A DNA stretch of 64,000 nt from Trichoplax adhaerens (taxonomy: Eukaryota; Animalia; Placozoa): positions 6,609,102 through 6,673,101 of the forward strand of contig NW_002060944.1 in NCBI RefSeq assembly GCF_000150275.1. The letters run 5' to 3'. The first letter of the stretch is position 1. Each line of letters opens with the position of its first letter. The notes beneath the pieces were generated by a model, which was not told where the DNA came from, did no database searches, and worked only from the letters and a program-made list of their open reading frames with translations. Below, piece by piece: positions 52,901 through 64,000 of this stretch. Position numbers and translations under genes: made by a program.

Positions 52901-55900
52901 GCTAAGAAGTAAGAAACATGACAATTGATTAGTATCTAATATGCGGCTATCTCTACGGATAGCAGATTTTTAATATTACTAGATTGTTATACTAACACTG
53001 AGTAGAGGTAGTGGCTCCTGTAGTAATTCCCCTACTTATTTCGTAAGAAGAAGCAATTGGATCGTACATACGAACTAATGACGCCTAATTGAGGAGAAAT
53101 ATTTTAATTAAAATAACGCATTGGCTTCAGTATATAGGACTCAAAATTTGAATAGATCTTACTACATAATTAAAAACAATATTACCTTAATGACCGTTAA
53201 CAGAGCTTTCTCATTTTGCATGAGTATTTGCCTTTTGTCTGGTGTAACATTAACGTCCACAGTACCTGAGACAAGAAAGAGCCTATGAACCTGTAATCAC
53301 TATATTAACTTTCAATGCATTTATATGAAGAAATCGGTATTTTCCTAATAGATATCAATGCGACAGTTGACGATAAAAACTGATTATCAACACTTTAACC
53401 GTAAATCTAGTATTGATGAAAATACCTTTCCGTAAAGATATATCTAAAGCGAAAAATGGATATTGGTGTCGATTGTACATATGATAAGTCTCGTTGATAA
53501 CTCTGCTTGCCTATCAAAACATGTAAAGATTGAAAATGTTTCTGATTATTCGAAATCTGATTCTTGCCAGTATTGATAAAAAGAATTTAATATTATACCA
53601 CTAGCAAAGGCAAATAAAAGCAACAAATCACTACGATTATACCTTGATTAGATCACAAGGTCTTTTGTTAATAAAAAAGAACTGTCGATCATTGCCCGTT
53701 CTACCACTGCTATGATCACATTTGGAAATAAGACCAGAAATACTAAGGAATACAAGATTGTTAAAATCGGAGGATTTGCTATTAGCTTATAATTAATAAC
53801 ATATGAAAAAATAATAAGAATGCTCATGTTACCTGAAGAGACTCATATCGATTAATTTCGGATTGATGCCCATACTCTCACAGTCGCTTTCAGAAGGAGC
53901 ATGGGTAACAAATGGAATCAAGGAGGATACCTGCAATAGTGAAATCTACTCAGTTCTAAAGTCGTATTAGCCTTAAAATTTAGCGCGTAGTTCATTCCAG
54001 CATACATAATTACAAAGTCTTGCACTTTTTGATACCTGTTTTGGCCCAAAAATATCAACTATATTTTCTTTAAGACCTTTATTCGATTGACACGATAATA
54101 CAGTAATTCTTTTACTAAAAGAAAAATTGCAAGACGAAGTCATATACAACTGCTATACCAATAAAAGATAGCTATAGTGATCTGTACTACGATGATACCT
54201 AAAGAGTTTTTACTTCATATCATAAAACAATCGATTAGCTACACCGTACGTAAACTTACTTCTTTACAGGCTGATTATTACATGTAAGTCTTAAGCCAAT
54301 TGAGATTATTGCGTAAGACTGTAAAACATGGATCATTTTGTTAAATTCCTATTAATGCAAATAAAAAAGTGAGTTTTAAATTACTAATAATTTGAAGCTC
54401 TTCGATCAAAGAATTAACAGAATGTTTTGCGTTACTCTTTTAATATTGCGAACAAATTCTTTATGCCTGACAGGCAAGGTAGAGAATAATCCTTGTAACG
54501 TTACAGTTGTCCCTTGCTATAAATTTATGGCAAGACACCAGTACGTAAGTTGTTATTACTTTAGAGTTATTTATTTTCTAAAAGTGTGTAGAGCTGTATC
54601 ATTGATTGTTTGCTAACCTGTCTAGCGCAAGCTGATTTAGATTTCACTATACCTCGATGATCATATTCAATTTTGGTTCCGTTAGGTTGAGATTTGTGAC
54701 GTGTAGTGATGGCAACATTACTACGATAGTTATTAATATCGAAACATTATATTGAAGCAGGGAATAGAACTGTTAAAACCATCATTAAATATATATATAT
54801 ATTACAAGGAGAGCTATTGGAAAGATAAGCTAGATTCTCACCACAATCCACATAGAGAGCTTAAGGCTTCTCCACGAAAGCCAAATGTTTCTACCCCGAT
54901 CAGGTCGTCGTACTCTTTTAACTTGGATGTGTGATGCATTAGTGCTATTAGCATTTAAAAAAGATGCGGGTTTTAATCTAGGCCGCAAGTCTAGGTTGTT
55001 AAATGTATATCGATACTGAATTGGATTCATTCATTTACTATAATTGCATACATTTTTTTAAAATTTTGCTCATCTAATAATGGGCAAAAGTTATTTTGCC
55101 CATTATATAAAATATGAGATTAACTTCATGAGCAGATATGCCACTGTACTCGTATGTTGCAAGCACCTACCGAGAACCTCGAAATCATCAGGATGGATCC
55201 CAGATCCGTTGTCGCTTACTTCAACAGTATCTGCACCGTAGTCTTTCAATCGAACATCTAAACAAAAAAGTAGGTTGCATTGCAAGCAATTGGTTATAAG
55301 ACAATCCAAGGTCAAGAATGCATACTGGTTTGTTTACCACAATATAGTAAGATGGTTAGATAAATATTAAGCCTTTTGCACAAGTAAATGGAGTGCTGCC
55401 TATTAGAATTGAATGCAATTTTCAGGAAATTTATACATACTAAATTTATTGAGTTGTTATTTCTATTACATCGACGAAATCATATCAACTATCTAACTAC
55501 GTAACAGTTAATCTTGGTAGCCCTACGGTGATAGAGTCGCATGATAGCTCGAAGCTGTTGATGTTTTGCTGTTAAAGTACTGAGGTGTTTACCACGTACG
55601 AGTATACCTCAAGTATTACTATAATAGAATTTCGATCATCTTGCAGTTGTGTAAATTTTACAGAAGCATACGTTCTCAGAAATTGTAATGCTATAGCTAA
55701 TGACGTCTGCCGTATAAAATTTGAGCACTGATTGATCTCTAGTGACACCTATTTACTTACCGACTTGATTAGCACCAGCATCCACACTATTCTCAACCAG
55801 CTCTTTAACTGCTGCAGCTAAATTTAAAATAACCTGGCCAGAACAGATTTGATGGACATGCTTTTGACTAATCTGTTTAATTGTACTGTTGGAGTGATCC

Positions 55901-55902
55901 AT
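49950..55902 (-). CDS. PMS2: Mismatch repair endonuclease PMS2 (MutL-alpha subunit), about 30 exons
   Basis: [62 protein letters not shown], the endonuclease motif [21 protein letters not shown] and [14 protein letters not shown]; TGA at 49950-49952. Confidence 0.96.
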
Positions 55903-56443
55903 ATTTAACTTAATAATCCAGCCAAAAAACTATTTGCAATTTATTACTTTTCAGCTAGCTGAATTGGATTTTCAATCTTGAGCTGCTTTTCCACAATCGT
56001 GATAATCATCAACTGTGTTTTTATATTGCAAATCTAGCTAATCAATAGAAATTCGTAGCAATTAATCAATCCTTTTACTCCTTCCAGATTATGAACATTG
56101 ATCTATGCAGTCGTGTATGGCAAAGTAACTGTATTAACCAGAGAAATAAATAGATTTTGTACAATCATCCAGTCATCCAGAGATCTTCCAAGCAAGGTTA
56201 TCGTCGATTAGCTCAGCATTTGCATTTTGCAGCTTACCTGGAACAGTCTAATAACGAAAGGTGAATAGACTCAGTACAGTATAGTATGGGCTTTCACTAC
56301 TGTTTGTGTATACGACCCCTGTTAATTATAATTGAGCTCAGCAACCTTAGTTAGGTCTGCTGATAGGGTTCTGTATAAAATGGTAGTTCGAAGTTTATAC
56401 TAAACCATAGCAAAGTGGCAATTATTGAAAACTAGTACTCGGA

Positions 56444-56455
56444 AAGGTCACGTGG
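56444..56455. promoter_or_regulatory. E-box GTCACGTG overlapping an AGGTCA half-site in the PMS2/LRR divergent promoter
   Basis: aaggtcacgtgg lies about 110 bp upstream of the LRR gene ATG. Motif match only. Confidence 0.35.
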
Positions 56456-56565
56456 CCTAGAGAAGGCGATCGAGTCTCTGTTTTACGTCCATCTGTCCGC
56501 TCGTCGCTTTAAACCTTCCTGATGGCCATGATGATGAAATGAATGATTAACATCTTCCTTCAAGT

Positions 56566-59500
56566 ATGGAAATTAATCAGGATAAAATTCGTAAGCTAAC
56601 TTTACCTAAAGTCTCCGATCTATCCGGTCAAGATGTACGCCAGGTTAAACGAATTAATGCTAGTAATAAAGGGATAGAAGAACTTGATGATATAAGGTAA
56701 AAATATTGATTACTATTCAACATGAGCCATGCAGAACAGTATCGCGTGCTATGCAATGGCTGATGTATTTGCAGGCATAAAATCATGTCGTGTTATATAT
56801 ATAATGTATAAAAGTAGCACTATTAAAGCTGATAGAATGAGTGATAAGCTTAGAATATGTACGTAAGCAGTACAGGATAAGTATATATTGTGCAAATTTA
56901 GTGGTATTTTGGTACCTGACACTGTAATAAAATCATTCTTGTACTGTACTGTACAGTGCCTGCGTGGAATTAGACTATTTGGATCTATCCAAGAACTCAT
57001 TAACTGATGTAAAAGGCATATGTAAGTTAACATTAGCATTCCTATTAAAGTAATACAACGTATTAATGATATTATTGCCCATGCAAAGTAAACTAATGTT
57101 GCCTGTGCTGTTGCCTTTCTAAAATAATGCACCTAGTTCATTGTAAATCGCTGGTGACATTGAACGTTGGCAGCAATCAAATTCAATCACTGGGTGACAT
57201 TTGGAAGCTGAGAAAGTTATCCATACTTAATGCTAGCCATAACCATTTAACAAGTACTATCTTCCTTGATAAATTAAAAAGTAAGATATCAATTAGGTCC
57301 ATGTATAAATATGTTATCGAGAGTTCACTACTAATTTTACTACTGGTGTTAACAATCCAGTATCTAATGTAGTTGACGTATTCAGAATATTTCTTCAAGC
57401 TCAACATTTCCATAATTATAATTGCATTGAATTGCTCTTAGATCTGAAAGTCTTAATCCTAAATAACAACAGCATCTCGCAATTAACTAATGTTATCAAG
57501 CTTAAAATGCTGAATACATTGATCTTGTCTAACAATCAAATCGAAGAAATCGACCTATCCTCGCTTGTCAATTTAAGAAAACTCTCTTTATCTCACAACA
57601 AGTTACGCGCTACTCCGGACCTAAAGCATAACGTAGAAGTCAAGGATGTTAGATTAAACGATAACAAGATAATGGCTATTCGTCAAGATTTACATTTAAA
57701 CTCAAGGTAATGCTCGTAGGCTTTTGACCTGAGGCAGCGATATTCTGTGGTGCAGGAAGTTCACTTCTGGATCTGGTGTTAAATATGCGCATACAATTGA
57801 TACATAACTTATTATAATTATTATCTATTTCCTTGTTGGAACTCTGAATAGTTACTCTATTCTTCGTTACAGGCTACAAATCTTAGATTTAGGGAATAAC
57901 CGACTGAAAAGTACTGAAGAAATTAAAGTGATATTTCAGTTAACGGAATTGAAAAATTTAAACATGAGAGGCAACGCAGTTTGCGATGACTCCATCAATG
58001 AGGAAGTAAATAAATGAGATAGGAAATGTTCACTTTATTTATAGTATCTAGCTATTCTTTCCTCTTTTAACTTACTTAGGAATTTTATTCCATTTGCAAG
58101 AAAGAAGAATTTACTAACAGTTTTCAATAAAATATTTATTAGCTTTCTAAATTGCCAAAACTGCAAGTATTCAATAGCAAGCGAATATTGCAGAAAAAAT
58201 CCGGCAAGAGATCACGTCATACAGTAACGGGTATTAGTGACCTTAAATTTACGACGCTATAAAAGATAGCTATTTATTCTATAATTTTAACGAACGATTG
58301 TTTATTTTATTTAATAATATGATGAACTGCTATCGTCATCGTAAAATGAATGATCTTTGAAATGGGTTGATGCTTCCTGAAGTAAATCGCAACGCAAGTG
58401 ACAATACTTCACGAAAGAATGGAGACCATGGAGATGCTGTTTTGACGGATAATTCTAGCGCAAAACTGAATCGAAACTTTAATGAGTATGCTAAAAAATC
58501 TAAAAAAATTATCAGTTTGGAAGGGACTGGAGATAGCAACTATAATGGACAGAATTCTCAAGATGACAGCAGAGAAAATCAATCCAGTACAACTAGGAAA
58601 AGAAAGAGATCTTTAGCTGCCGCAGAAGTTCAAGAATTAAATATAACTAATAATTTTAATTCGAAAATACTTAAAAAATTAACAGCAGTAGATGATGATG
58701 CGATCATATCACCAAGTATAAAAAAAGCAAAGAAAGCAACAGCAGACGATGACACCGTTTCGATAGAAAATCCACGTGCTAAACAGTTCAAAAAATTGAA
58801 GAAAGAAGATGAATTGGTTGAAAGTAGTAAAATCATTATAAAGTCTAAAAAGTTTAAAATGAAAAATTTAAAAGCTGCTGAATCTGGCATTACAGCCAGT
58901 TTCACGTCCAGTAATTCTAAAATGCCCGAAACTGCAAAGCTAGAAGGCAACAAACTGATAAAATCCGCATCACACAAGCCAAAGAAAATCAGCATCGGAA
59001 TCGAAAATATTGAAAAGGATAAAAGTAGTGATCTGTATTCAGATAGCGAAGAGAAAAGTAAAAAGTCAACTAAAAACCGATTGCGTTTGACCGGTAATAA
59101 AACGAAGGCTTCAAAAAATGCTGATTTAAATGTTACATCAGATACTTTCGAGACACTGAAAGAAACCGATAACAAGAAGAGTAAGGCTAAGCTAAAGAAG
59201 AGGTGCAAAGTTGATGCCATTAAAGTAGAAGGTAATACCTCTACCACCATCGATGCATCACCATCGATTGCTATTAGTGAAGGCCTTAAAGTCCGAAATC
59301 AAGAAAAACATACCCTAACCAAAGTCACGAAAATGGATACTCCTAAATCTCTTGATGCAAAGGCTAAGGCTGACATCTTAAAGCCATCGAAAAAACGTAA
59401 AGCAAAAGGTGACATAAAATCGATGGCTGCCCTATCAGAAAGCAACGAAGATTCGATAGAGAAAGGCGATGGAAATCAACAAAAGAAATCCTTAAAATTA

Positions 59501-59740
59501 AAGAAAGCCAAAATGCATGCTAAAAATTCTACAACGTCATCTTCTGTTACTAATTCCAATAGATCCACTAATAAAGAAGACCGCCACGCTATCGATGCGC
59601 TTTTATCCGCACGATCCGGCGTTATTGCAATAAAGAAACAACATTCTGAGAAACTAAAAAAAGATAAGGTTGTTTTCGATCCTAATTTTTTAACTGAGAG
59701 CGATAAAATTGGTACTGGAGGAATCATTAAGTGGGATTGA
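56566..59740 (+). CDS. Uncharacterised SDS22-type leucine-rich repeat protein with a long Lys/Ser-rich disordered tail, 7 exons
   Basis: About 10 LRRs (LDYLDLSKNSL, LVTLNVGSNQI, LKVLILNNNSI, LRKLSLSHNKL, LQILDLGNNRL), an LRR cap (NLNMRGNAVC...LPKLQVFNSKRI) and a ~450-aa last exon ending SGVIAIKK...IGTGGIIKWD*. Confidence 0.85.
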
Positions 59741-60904
59741 TGTGAATACAGTATCTATGTATATCTCATGACAGCATTTACGAATATGCATGTGTTTATG
59801 GATCTGTTGTATCAATGAGCGAAAATCGCCCTATATAGTGCTGAGATGAGAAAAGATGTAACTATACGAGCTTTGGAACCTAATCATGATGTATTGTAAT
59901 ATATAAAGTTTCTATCTTACTGGGTCGACGATGTGTTGGTTTTAAAGTCTTAAAATGTAGTACACTATAAAATATGCACGTTTTATTCGACAAGTAGCAG
60001 TACGAATATACAGTACATATACACCGTTTATAGAGAATTCTATTTGTCTATTTCCTATGAAATTTTGGCTAAAAATTTCAATACTGTATATTACGTAATT
60101 AGGTAGTATTCCATAAATTACAGATGAATGATAGGATGTTATGATATACGTATGATATTTTTAATATGCAGACTTATTAAATTTGACATGTAATCTATTC
60201 TATAGCATCTTGATTACTACGCAATCTGTCCATTAATTCAGTGACTTATAGCAATTCAGTATTACCATTTTATATAAATACAAATTCATCTAAAGTTGTA
60301 ATCTCTGTTGCATCCATTGTATAACTTCATTACAGGGCTATATTAAAATATGCTATATTGAAAAATCAGCGAAAGACACCACATACCTGGAGTAAGTTAT
60401 AATGGCCCTAACCATTAAAATTAAAATCTCTCGCAAATATGTGCAACAATTGATAAGCAAAATCATTATTGATCGCAACTTTTATTTACAGTGTACCAGT
60501 ATTTCTTATTCAATTTCTAGTATTGTATACGAGATGTTACGACTACAATTAATGGACAATATATACATTTTTACCCTTATTACGAACAAGTTATACATCA
60601 ATTATAGTTAGTAGTTAGATATTCATTACATAGACTCGCAGTGTTACGTACGCATGTATTGGACATTATAAATGGTGCGTCATCTCAAATCAATGGCTAT
60701 TTTAAAGCTGTAACAGTCCTAAACATCAAATGAAAGTATGGAAGGAGACGTACGATAATACTTTCTTAAAATTAAAAAAAATTCTTGACTATAGTTTTAT
60801 TATTTCTTAATGCGCGTGTCATTGAATGACTTCTAACAAATACTCCGATACCGGCGTATACCCAATGACATGAAAGACAGCTTGAACCATTCTGCATAGC
60901 TTGC

Positions 60905-62890
60905 CTAGCTAAAATCCAACAGCTGTAATACAATCAATACAATGGAGTTGGTATAGAATTAAATGAGGTAGTACGTCAATATTATTCAATAAGGAATCAA
61001 GCAGTCATTACTGCCCTGAATAATAATTAGTATTAATATTAATTATATAGGCTTAGCTTTATCTATTCGTATCGTAGAACGCATATAGATATTACTAATC
61101 GAATATTATTACTTACCAACTGAGCTAATATTTTTTCAAAATGTTCTACTTCCACCTTGTTAGAGGTACTTTCCATCTGTGCAGATAAACATGAAGAATT
61201 AACTTTAGAGCAATAGTAACTGCATAGTATTGCTAGCAGCTATCAGTAATGAATGTAAAGCAATGTACAAATAGCATTATAATATGTTTATTGATAGATT
61301 ACCTACCTTAGCTAATCGTGCAGCTCTACCCGCAGCTTCTACAGAATATCAATAACAAATAAAAGGCGCAAACTAAGTATGTAAGTAGCAATCTAAAGTC
61401 GATCAAGTATCTATTTGGAGTATTAAATCCTCCATTTACTAATGATTAAGGTATAAATGATATCAATGTATTAAATACATATTTTTATTCAATAGATAAA
61501 TTAAAGTGGCATCAATCTTAAACCTGTAATGAAAATGTTGAGCAAGTAGGATACCAATTTTTGAGCATCTCCGTTGACTTGGGTATAGGATAAGAATGAG
61601 TGAGAATTGACTGTCTAGTTTTCCAATTGCCTTAATATAATGGATGTATGATATATGATACAGAAGAGTAGCAAATAACCGAATACTAACTTTTGATTTT
61701 AGGATCGGTAAAACTTTGCTGTAGCAACCTTTCCACCGTATCCTATATTGACAATATAAATGCAACACCCATTAAGTATAGCATTGCTAACAGCATCAAT
61801 TTGAAGATTCTTAATAGATATTTCAGGTACTGTAGTCAAGCACAATCTCAGACATATACAAATGAATTTGTGGAAACTGCAATTTCAAAGTACGAGAATG
61901 GTTTATGCTATGAATAACAGGCACTACTCAAAAGGAAGAGTCTCCCTTCGAGTAATCCCTTTAAATAACTTCATTTCAGTACGTAGCAATTTTCAGAGAG
62001 GGTAATAATTTAATAACTATAGTAACTGTTTACTTTGTATAATGTACATCCACAAGTGGCAGTAAATTAAGTGAAAATGATGGGTTGTAACAATCCTGGT
62101 ACGATATATGTCAGTGATACGTCCAGGCTGATTTATAGCCAATTTGTATGTTTTAATGCGCTGTATTAGCATGATACTGTATATGTATACTGTAAACTTG
62201 TAACTTATTGTGATTTATTGTATGCTCTTCAGTAAATGAAGCCATGAATTATAGCACTTGTTGAATTCTTTATCGTCATCCCTGCCTGTCATCATACAGT
62301 ACAGTAGTTGCACATTGATAATTTATTCATTGGAAATGATAAGTTCTAGTATCGTAGGAATTATTGAATTATTGCAATCTATTTCGATATGATATATCAT
62401 CTTTAGCTGACACGACGTGCTGTATCTGTATACTGCTCAACTGCTATACTACTCAAACAGTGGTTTCTTGCTCACTTTTAACTCCACTCCAGTTCATCAA
62501 AAGGTACGCTGGGGCAGTATTTTGTTCAGTAGTCGGCTCTATATTACTTTCAATTACACTGCTATTATACTATTTTTTATTTTGTATTAGTTATTGCAAC
62601 CTTAGAACATTCATATAGCCCTTCATGACGAGCATCACTGCCTATTAATTAATGTTGTAAATCTAGGCGTAGTTGGTAATGTGCAATAAGTTGAAAATCC
62701 CTGCAATCCTGTACGACTGGCCTTTTCCAGGTCTTGATGGATAGTAATGAAAAACATGATTCTGTTGATTTTAAGATTAACTCGAACTATTTTCCCCCTA
62801 GCAACGGTTAAAGTGTACCAATAAATCGTTAGTAGACAATATTTTTAAATTGTACTGTACCAATTTTAACGCAAAACTTTGAGATTCCAT
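60905..62890 (-). CDS. CENPX: Centromere protein X / MHF2 (histone fold); exons 62890-62861, 61742-61691, 61577-61524, 61338-61307, 61176-61117, 60922-60905; 81 aa
   Basis: The spliced product MESQSFALKLDTVERLLQQSFTDPKIKINGDAQKLVSYLLNIFITEAAGRAARLAKMESTSNKVEVEHFEKILAQLLLDFS aligns with human CENP-X (ELVSRLL..F.D.KTKVSGDA..EAAVR..LEKVLPQLLLDF). All splice phases are consistent. Confidence 0.9.
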
Positions 62891-62947
62891 TGCAATTTCC
62901 CAGGAAAATTCTTCTTCTTCCAGAAAATTATGGACGTGCTCCTTTGA

Positions 62948-62966
62948 TCATTGGCTGACGGAAGTC
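62948..62966. promoter_or_regulatory. CCAAT box and ETS site upstream of CENPX
   Basis: cattggctgacggaagt lies 60-75 bp upstream of the CENPX ATG. Motif match only. Confidence 0.45.
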
Positions 62967-63000
62967 TACGTTACTGGGTGTACGATACTGTATTAAGTAG

Positions 63001-63107
63001 ACGCGTCGTAGCTGTGTGTAAAATGTATGTCGCAAGTTAAGCTTTTGTTGACACGGTGTCACCGATTTTTATACGACATGTATTTTACACATGTTGTCAG
63101 CTCGCGT
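63001..63107 (+). other. Extended imperfect hairpin
   Basis: An 18-bp stem pairs 63015-63032 with 63074-63091 through tandem G-U pairs, with outer helices acgcg/cgcgt and agctg/cagct and an inner tgaca/tgtca helix. Confidence 0.65.
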
Positions 63108-63257
63108 ACGAATGAAATGCCGTAGACTGAACCGTCCAGCAGGTGTACTACGTTGTAGCATCGTATCTAGACTCGAGTGACCCTTGTCAGCTTGACTTGC
63201 CAAGCAAAACCTTGAGAAAATAACTCGCAATGAATGTACACCAATGGCAGTGTTATA

Positions 63258-63921
63258 GGCAGTCTCGACAGAACGTCTCTAATTAAAAATTAACTATTTT
63301 TTCTTTGCCTATTCCTAGCAACTGGTATTTACAGTTTGGACCCTAATATTACTTTGCAAGTCTCAACAGAACATCTTGAACTATTTTCTCTTTGCTTTGC
63401 TGTATTCATAGCAACTGGTATTTACAGTTTGGACTCTAATATTACTTTGCAAGTCTCAACAGAACATCTTGAACTATTTTCTCTTTGCTTTGCTGTATTC
63501 GTAGCAACTGGTATTTTACAGATTGGACTCTAATATTACTTTGCAAGTCTCAACAGAACATCTTGAACTATTTTCTCTTTGCTTTGCTGTATTCGTAGCA
63601 ACTGGTATTTTACAGATTGGACTCTAATATTACTTTGCAAGTCTCAACAGAACATCTTGAACTATTTTCTCTTTGCCTTGCTGTATTCATAGCAACTGGT
63701 ATTTTACAGAAGTCTCAACAGAATATCTTAAACTAAAAATACAGTCAATATTTTTTTCTTTGCCTTACTGTATTCATAGCAACTGGTATTGACAGATTGG
63801 ACTCTAATATTACCGTGCAAGTCTCAACAGAATATCTTGAACTAATATATTTTTTCTTTGCCTTGCTGTATTCATAGCAACTGGTATTTACAAATTGAAC
63901 TAATATTACTTTGCAAGTCTC
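63258..63921. repeat. Tandem array, 93-94-bp unit, about 7 copies
   Basis: ttactttgcaagtctcaacagaacatcttgaactattttctctttgc.ttgctgtattc.tagcaactggtattt recurs at 63349, 63442, 63536 and 63630, with degenerate flanking copies. Confidence 0.93.
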
Positions 63922-64000
63922 GCCATCGGATGCATGATGTAAGTTACTGTATACCAGATTAATAATAATATAATTAATTTATTTGCTGTGATATTATTTG

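Noticed and set aside
53920-53935. GTATCCT resembling a U12 donor in PMS2
   Set aside because: It is the first bases of an exon (VSS). No U12-type or AT-AC intron was needed in any gene model.
58336-59727. Hydrophobic minus-strand ORFs up to 206 aa
   Set aside because: They are the antisense shadow of the Lys-rich LRR exon.
63336-63533. ORF with a 31-aa repeat
   Set aside because: It is a product of the 93-bp tandem unit; later 94-bp copies break the frame.

Overview
AT-rich, gene-dense, intron-rich eukaryotic (animal) genomic DNA with introns mostly 70-150 nt. This architecture suggests a compact basal-metazoan genome such as a placozoan (Trichoplax-like), which is inference only. By hand-splicing GT-AG exons I can support 11 protein-coding genes: SGSM3/RUTBC3 (-), UQCRC2 (+), an ankyrin-repeat SOCS-box protein (-), DHX40 (+), cytohesin (+), GALK1 (+), RPS2 (-), NDUFA3 (+), PMS2 (-), an uncharacterised LRR protein with a Lys-rich tail (+) and CENP-X/MHF2 (-). 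NDUFA3 and CENP-X are essentially invisible in the ORF track. Eight of the genes form four head-to-head pairs. Non-coding DNA carries about ten mutually unrelated local tandem duplications, two long fold-back hairpins, and a recurrent GTAC(A/T) pentamer array just upstream of several housekeeping genes, which is the best candidate for an undescribed lineage-specific promoter element. A tandem duplication in a GALK1 intron has created a frame-preserving 27-nt candidate new micro-exon. No tRNA, rRNA, CRISPR or transposase was recognised. Exon boundaries were read by eye and may be off by a few bases.
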